Origin: Promethearchaeota archaeon
Lineage (GTDB): Archaea > Asgardarchaeota > Lokiarchaeia > Sigyniarchaeales > SOKP01
Direction: 5' to 3'
NCBI GenBank assembly: GCA_048937405.1
Contig: JBHLNF010000003.1
Span: forward strand, 224,001 to 288,000
DNA length: 64,000 bases
Both the position numbers and the translations under genes were made by a program. Positions within the stretch are counted from its first letter, which is position 1, and each line of letters starts with the position of its first letter. This document shows positions 59,374 to 64,000 of the stretch, one piece after another. Below the pieces are notes generated by a model. The model was given only the letters and a program-made list of their open reading frames with translations, made no database searches and was not told the origin of the DNA.

Positions 59374-59862
59374 TTATTTCTTAGAAGATTTATTTAAATC
59401 TATTATTTTCTTAATTGCTTTTTCAACATTCTCATCAATAATTCTAAGAACTTCCTTATATCTCTCGACTGAAGTATAGTAAGGATCAATAATATCTATG
59501 TTATGAGTTTCTCCATTAAATTCTTTTAGTGTAAAAGTTTTTTTCTCAATATTTTCAATAACATTGAAATTTTTTATAATATCAAGTGAATGTTTTTGCT
59601 CCATAGTGAGAATTAAGTCCTGTTTTTTTAATAATGTACTGTTGATTATTTTTGGAATGAAATCTGAATTCTTTATTCCTTTAGAATCCAGGTATTTTCG
59701 AGATTCAGGTTGCATGTAAGTGAAAGCGTTGAAAAAACCACATGAATCAATTTCTAAATCTACGTTAAATTTCTTTGTATAATAACGAGCTAAATATTCT
59801 GCAGCTGGAGATCTTGCTGTATTGCCTAGGCATATGAAGAGAACGTTTTTAATTTTACTCAA
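59374..59862 (-). CDS. low-molecular-weight protein phosphatase (Tyr/Arg) family
   Basis: VLFICLGNTARSPAAE, DLILTME, IIDPYY. Confidence 0.88.
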   Translation of the reverse strand: MSKIKNVLFICLGNTARSPAAEYLARYYTKKFNVDLEIDSCGFFNAFTYMQPESRKYLDSKGIKNSDFIPKIINSTLLKKQDLILTMEQKHSLDIIKNFNVIENIEKKTFTLKEFNGETHNIDIIDPYYTSVERYKEVLRIIDENVEKAIKKIIDLNKSSKK

Positions 59863-60001
59863 AATTAATCAAGTATTAAAAAAATGTTATTTTAAATAAA
59901 AGTTATGAAAAACGCCCAATATAAAATTAAATAAAAAATTAAATAGATGATTGACCTAATAATTATTACGGCATCTATTATAATCTAGTTAAAAGAGAAA
60001 A

Positions 60002-61672
60002 ATGACTGAAGTAGAAAACAAAGAAGCAATGGAAAAAGCCCATTTGAAAAACTGGTTCAGTAGGACATTTACAAGAGACATAAACTTATCAAAAGATACT
60101 TTAATTTATTTATTTTTCTCTATGCTATCAATTACAATTGTAGCAGAAGCATTTTTATTTGAATATACAATTTCTACAGGAGGAGTTTTACATGTTGGTT
60201 TAGAAGTCTATGCATTATTAATTATACTTGCTATTAGCTTTCTGATTTCTGGTATTATTGTAGATTTCATTAAGAATAGAACTAATTATTTTAATATCAC
60301 ACTGATGGTTTGTATTATCGGACTTTTTATAAGTGCTATTCCAGAAATGGTTTTTTATTATTTTGGTTTGCTAATAGTTCTCTTAACAGTTCCACAATTA
60401 GTTATTCTATGGTTCACATTTTTCGTACATGAAACAAATATTTTAAATCGTGGGAGGATAGCTGCATACTTACTCATTTTAGGTTTTTCTATAGCGTTTG
60501 TATCTATTATATTTGTTGTTTTTGACTTTTTATATACATTTTTAGGTATTTTAGAACTCGGATTATTTTTAATTATTTTCAAATATTCTAGAGGGTATAA
60601 ATATATAGAAACCAAAGAACGATTGAAATCGGGTAAAAAATTTTTGAATATAATTTTTGAAAAACATTTCTTTAGATATTCAACTAGTTTTTTTGTATTA
60701 AGCTTTATTTTGGGTGATTTACTTGCAAGATATAGTTTTGATGTTGACTTAATAATATACGCAATAGCTTCTTTTTTGTATCTTATCGCAGCAGGATATT
60801 GTTTGGATAATATTGGACGGAAAACATCTATAGTTCTTGGAATTTTAGTTCTTTCATTTTTTCTGATATCTTATGGTTCATTCATTGATTCAGATTATAT
60901 TTTCGGTATGCCTAGAAAAGTACTTCTCTCTATTCATTATGGATTTTCCTTATTACCTCTTCTACTTGCTATCTTTACAATTTCAGGAGACTTTTCAACA
61001 GAGAGAGGAAATTTGAAATATAGGGGTAGAATAAATGGAATGTATTTAGCTCTAATGTTTTTTGGAACAATAGTGGGATTTACTTTTAGTCGTTTGATAA
61101 ATGATGTGTATAATAGGTTTCCTAGTTTTCAAGAATTTTTACCTAATTTTCCCAATCTTCTAAATGGTTTTATATTAGTTATACTTTTAGTTTGGATGAT
61201 GGCTATGAAAGAATTCCTCGTCTCAAAAGAAAAGAAATGGGCAGATTCTTTAAAGACCATTATTATTTTTAGCAAAAATGGGATAAGTCTTTATAATTAC
61301 AATTTTGAACAGAAGGATTTATTTAAAGATGAACCAGATCAAATTGATTTCGATGAAGATTTAGTATCTGGGGCATTAACAGGCATTTCGTCTCTTCTTT
61401 CCGAAATAACTCATACAAAAAGACATCTTAGACATATTCAAAAAGAAGATGCCACTCTGATATTTGCTTATGGTAAATATCATATTGCTACTTTAATTGC
61501 TAATATGGATTTGCCAATTTTATTCAAAAAACTTGATGAATTCTCCCGAGAATTTGAAAGTAAGTTTGTAAAAGAACTTAAAAATTTTAAGGGAAATGTT
61601 TCTCATTTTGAACCTACAAAATTCTTATTAATCAAGTATTTCAGTAAAAAATACGATGATTTTATGGAATAA
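60002..61672 (+). CDS. MFS-like polytopic membrane protein with C-terminal longin-like domain, copy 1
   Basis: About 12 TM with LDNIGRK MFS-type loop; soluble tail IIIFSKNGISLYNYNF...DEDLVSGALTGISSLLSEI...FSREFE. Confidence 0.72.
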   Translation: MTEVENKEAMEKAHLKNWFSRTFTRDINLSKDTLIYLFFSMLSITIVAEAFLFEYTISTGGVLHVGLEVYALLIILAISFLISGIIVDFIKNRTNYFNITLMVCIIGLFISAIPEMVFYYFGLLIVLLTVPQLVILWFTFFVHETNILNRGRIAAYLLILGFSIAFVSIIFVVFDFLYTFLGILELGLFLIIFKYSRGYKYIETKERLKSGKKFLNIIFEKHFFRYSTSFFVLSFILGDLLARYSFDVDLIIYAIASFLYLIAAGYCLDNIGRKTSIVLGILVLSFFLISYGSFIDSDYIFGMPRKVLLSIHYGFSLLPLLLAIFTISGDFSTERGNLKYRGRINGMYLALMFFGTIVGFTFSRLINDVYNRFPSFQEFLPNFPNLLNGFILVILLVWMMAMKEFLVSKEKKWADSLKTIIIFSKNGISLYNYNFEQKDLFKDEPDQIDFDEDLVSGALTGISSLLSEITHTKRHLRHIQKEDATLIFAYGKYHIATLIANMDLPILFKKLDEFSREFESKFVKELKNFKGNVSHFEPTKFLLIKYFSKKYDDFME

Positions 61673-61856
61673 TTAAGTCGAGATATTTCTTTACTTGTTT
61701 CTCATAAAAGTTGATTATGCTAGAATGGGTTCAACAAAAATATTAAATAAGAAGACATCCTAAAAAATACTACTAACTTCATTCGCATTTTGATATTGGT
61801 TTTTAATTTAGAAAGAAAAAATATTAGATAATAAGATTCGATACAAAATAATAACT

Positions 61857-63518
61857 ATGAAAAGAAATTTCAAATACTCCCTTGGCAAGTTGTTTGCTAG
61901 AGATGTGGATTTAGAGAATACCTCGCTTCTTTATCTTTTTTTTTCTTTTCTTTCTATTTCATTTACAGTTGAATATTTTATTCTAAAATTTTTTATACAG
62001 ATGCAAGTTGGATTAGAAATAGAATTACCTGTGATTATGACATTATTCGTAATATCTATCCTTTTTTTAGCTTTTGGCTTTTTTATTGATAGGATAACAA
62101 ACAAAACACAATTTTTCAATATAGTTTTGTTGATTTGTATTATAGGTTTATTATTAACTACCTTCACACACCCTCTATTTGATATTTTTGGGATTTTAAT
62201 TATCCTAATAACAATACCTCAATTAATATTAATCTGGTGTTCAACTTTAGATCATGAAACAAATATTTTGAATAGAGGTAGAATAACTGCTATGATCTTA
62301 GTCTCTAGTTATTTGTTTAGTTTGCCTGTTATCTTTTTCTTGTTTTTTAAGGATTTATATATATTTCTTATCATAATAGAATTTTTTCTTTTAATTATAA
62401 CCGTTATTATTTCGCGCTTTTATACCTATATTGAGACTAAAGACAGATTAAAATCTGATAAAAAATATTTTGATATCATTTTCGAATTACACTTTTCAAG
62501 ATATTCAGTTGGTCTTGCTTTTTTAAGTGGTCTTTTAGGAGGTTTGTTAAACGATTCTTTGGCTTATTTTGAAAGTTATAAAATTAGTATTCTTACTTTT
62601 TCAATAGCTTCTTTCTTTTATATTCTTGCAGCTGGTTGGTTTTTTGATTATATGGGTAGAAAGAATTCATTAGTTCTTGGTATTTTATTAGTTTCATTTT
62701 TTTATATATCATTTGGGTCATCTTATATAGGATCTCCGAATGATCCTGTTTTTGGTATGCCTAAGGAAATCCATATCTCTCTTCATTATGCATTTGCGAT
62801 TCTTCCATTAATATTAGCTATAATCACAATAGCGGGAGATTTTTCAACTGAAAGAGGGAATTTAAAATATAGGGGAAGTATAAATGGACTTTTTCTAGCA
62901 TTAATGTTTTTTGGGATAGGTTTAGGATATTTATTATATAAAATGATTGATCTCCTTTATAATAATTTTGAAGAAATGCAAATTTGGGTACCAAACCTAC
63001 CCAATCTACTAAACTCATTTGCATTAGTTATAGTTCTTGTTTGGATGATGGCTGGCAAAGATATATTAATATCTAAAGAGAAAGATTGGGCAAAGTCATT
63101 AAAAAATCTTTTTGTTTTAACTAATAGTGGAGTTTGTTTATATAACTATGATTTTATACTTAAAAGACAAGCTTATGGAGAGGAAGAAGAGGAAAAAGAG
63201 TGTGAATTTGATGAGGATTTAGTGAGTGGTGCGCTTTCTGGTGTGATTACAATAATCTCTGAAATCACAAGAAGTTCAAAACACATTAAAAAGATTGATA
63301 AGGAAGGTAATCATCTTTATTTTGCATTTGGAAAATACCATATAGTGGTATTGATTACCTCTATGGATTTACCTATTTTAAAGAAAAAATTGGATGCTTT
63401 TTCAAGGACCTTTGAACAAAATTTTTCAGAAGATGTAAAAAATTTTAGAGGTAATGTTGAAGTATTTTCTCCAACAAGATATATGATAGATAGGTACTTT
63501 AGTCAAAAATATATTTAA
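61857..63518 (+). CDS. MFS-like polytopic membrane protein with C-terminal longin-like domain, copy 2
   Basis: Paralog of 60002..61672 (shared HETNILNRGRI, GDFSTERGNLKYRG, DEDLVSGAL). Confidence 0.72.
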   Translation: MKRNFKYSLGKLFARDVDLENTSLLYLFFSFLSISFTVEYFILKFFIQMQVGLEIELPVIMTLFVISILFLAFGFFIDRITNKTQFFNIVLLICIIGLLLTTFTHPLFDIFGILIILITIPQLILIWCSTLDHETNILNRGRITAMILVSSYLFSLPVIFFLFFKDLYIFLIIIEFFLLIITVIISRFYTYIETKDRLKSDKKYFDIIFELHFSRYSVGLAFLSGLLGGLLNDSLAYFESYKISILTFSIASFFYILAAGWFFDYMGRKNSLVLGILLVSFFYISFGSSYIGSPNDPVFGMPKEIHISLHYAFAILPLILAIITIAGDFSTERGNLKYRGSINGLFLALMFFGIGLGYLLYKMIDLLYNNFEEMQIWVPNLPNLLNSFALVIVLVWMMAGKDILISKEKDWAKSLKNLFVLTNSGVCLYNYDFILKRQAYGEEEEEKECEFDEDLVSGALSGVITIISEITRSSKHIKKIDKEGNHLYFAFGKYHIVVLITSMDLPILKKKLDAFSRTFEQNFSEDVKNFRGNVEVFSPTRYMIDRYFSQKYI

Positions 63519-63588
63519 TACTATTTTAAATTTTTATTTAAATAATTAATTTAGAAGACAAGAGATTTTTGTACTATATCTTAAATTC

Positions 63589-64000
63589 TTAACCATTTTC
63601 TAACTTATTTATTCTAATTATCTTTTTAATAGTTTTTAAAACACCATATTCAATTCTTTTAAGAACTATATTGTATTCCTTTTGTTCAAAATAGAAAGGG
63701 TCTTCAATCTCCAAATTCTCTTTTTCCCCAGCATAATCTAAAAGAAGAAACACTTTTTCGTCAAGATTTAAATTTTTAAATCGTCTTTTTAATTTATTAA
63801 TATGTCTTTTTTGCTCAAAAGCTAAGATAACATCTTGATTTTTAACTATATCCTCATTAACTCTTTTTGTCCTAAAATTAGTTATGTCTATTCCCTTAGA
63901 TTTCAAATAATTTACGGTTACATCTTGAGCTGTCTCATAATAATGATATAATCCTGCAGAATCGAAATCTACATCTTTTAATTCGTTTATAAACCTATTT
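63589..64000 (-). CDS. second LMW phosphatase paralog, 5' end outside the window
   Basis: The frame is open from 63999 (NRFINELKDVDFDSAGLYHYYETAQDVTVNYLKSKGID...IEDPFY), so the track's start at 63906 is internal. Confidence 0.82.
   Translation of the reverse strand, partial: NRFINELKDVDFDSAGLYHYYETAQDVTVNYLKSKGIDITNFRTKRVNEDIVKNQDVILAFEQKRHINKLKRRFKNLNLDEKVFLLLDYAGEKENLEIEDPFYFEQKEYNIVLKRIEYGVLKTIKKIIRINKLENG

Noticed and set aside
63900-63930. Apparent truncation or frameshift of the last phosphatase gene
   Set aside because: Re-reading shows the frame is open to the window edge; the gene is only cut by the window

Overview
AT-rich archaeal chromosomal DNA, most consistent with an Asgard archaeon of the Lokiarchaeia type (inference from a profilin-like gene, several longin-like domains, PCI/TIR/LRR proteins, geranylgeranyl reductase, and UGA-recoded hdrA/mvhD followed by a eukaryote-style SECIS). 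The window starts inside a RapA-like SNF2 helicase. An anaerobic redox cluster follows at 3.1-13.3 kb: an HdrD-like protein with an inserted GltD/NfnB flavoprotein, AOR plus its Fe-S subunit, seleno-HdrA, seleno-MvhD, a SECIS and an FdhB/FrhB-like subunit. The ORF track breaks or misses the two selenoprotein genes because of four in-frame TGA codons. Next are three short chemoreceptor (MCP) paralogs with near-identical 3' halves and visible duplication scars. The strongest candidate for an undescribed system is a set of three modular proteins sharing a PCI-like winged helix: a Toll-like 'peptide-binding protein-TM-PCI-TIR' receptor, an LRR-PCI-TIR and an LRR-PCI-adaptin-appendage-like protein. 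The rest holds metabolic genes, a doubled 1820-aa surface glycoprotein, a longin-GTPase fusion and two tandem MFS-longin membrane proteins flanked by LMW phosphatases. No rRNA, tRNA, CRISPR array or intact mobile element was recognised. All domain calls come from motif recognition by eye, not from database searches.
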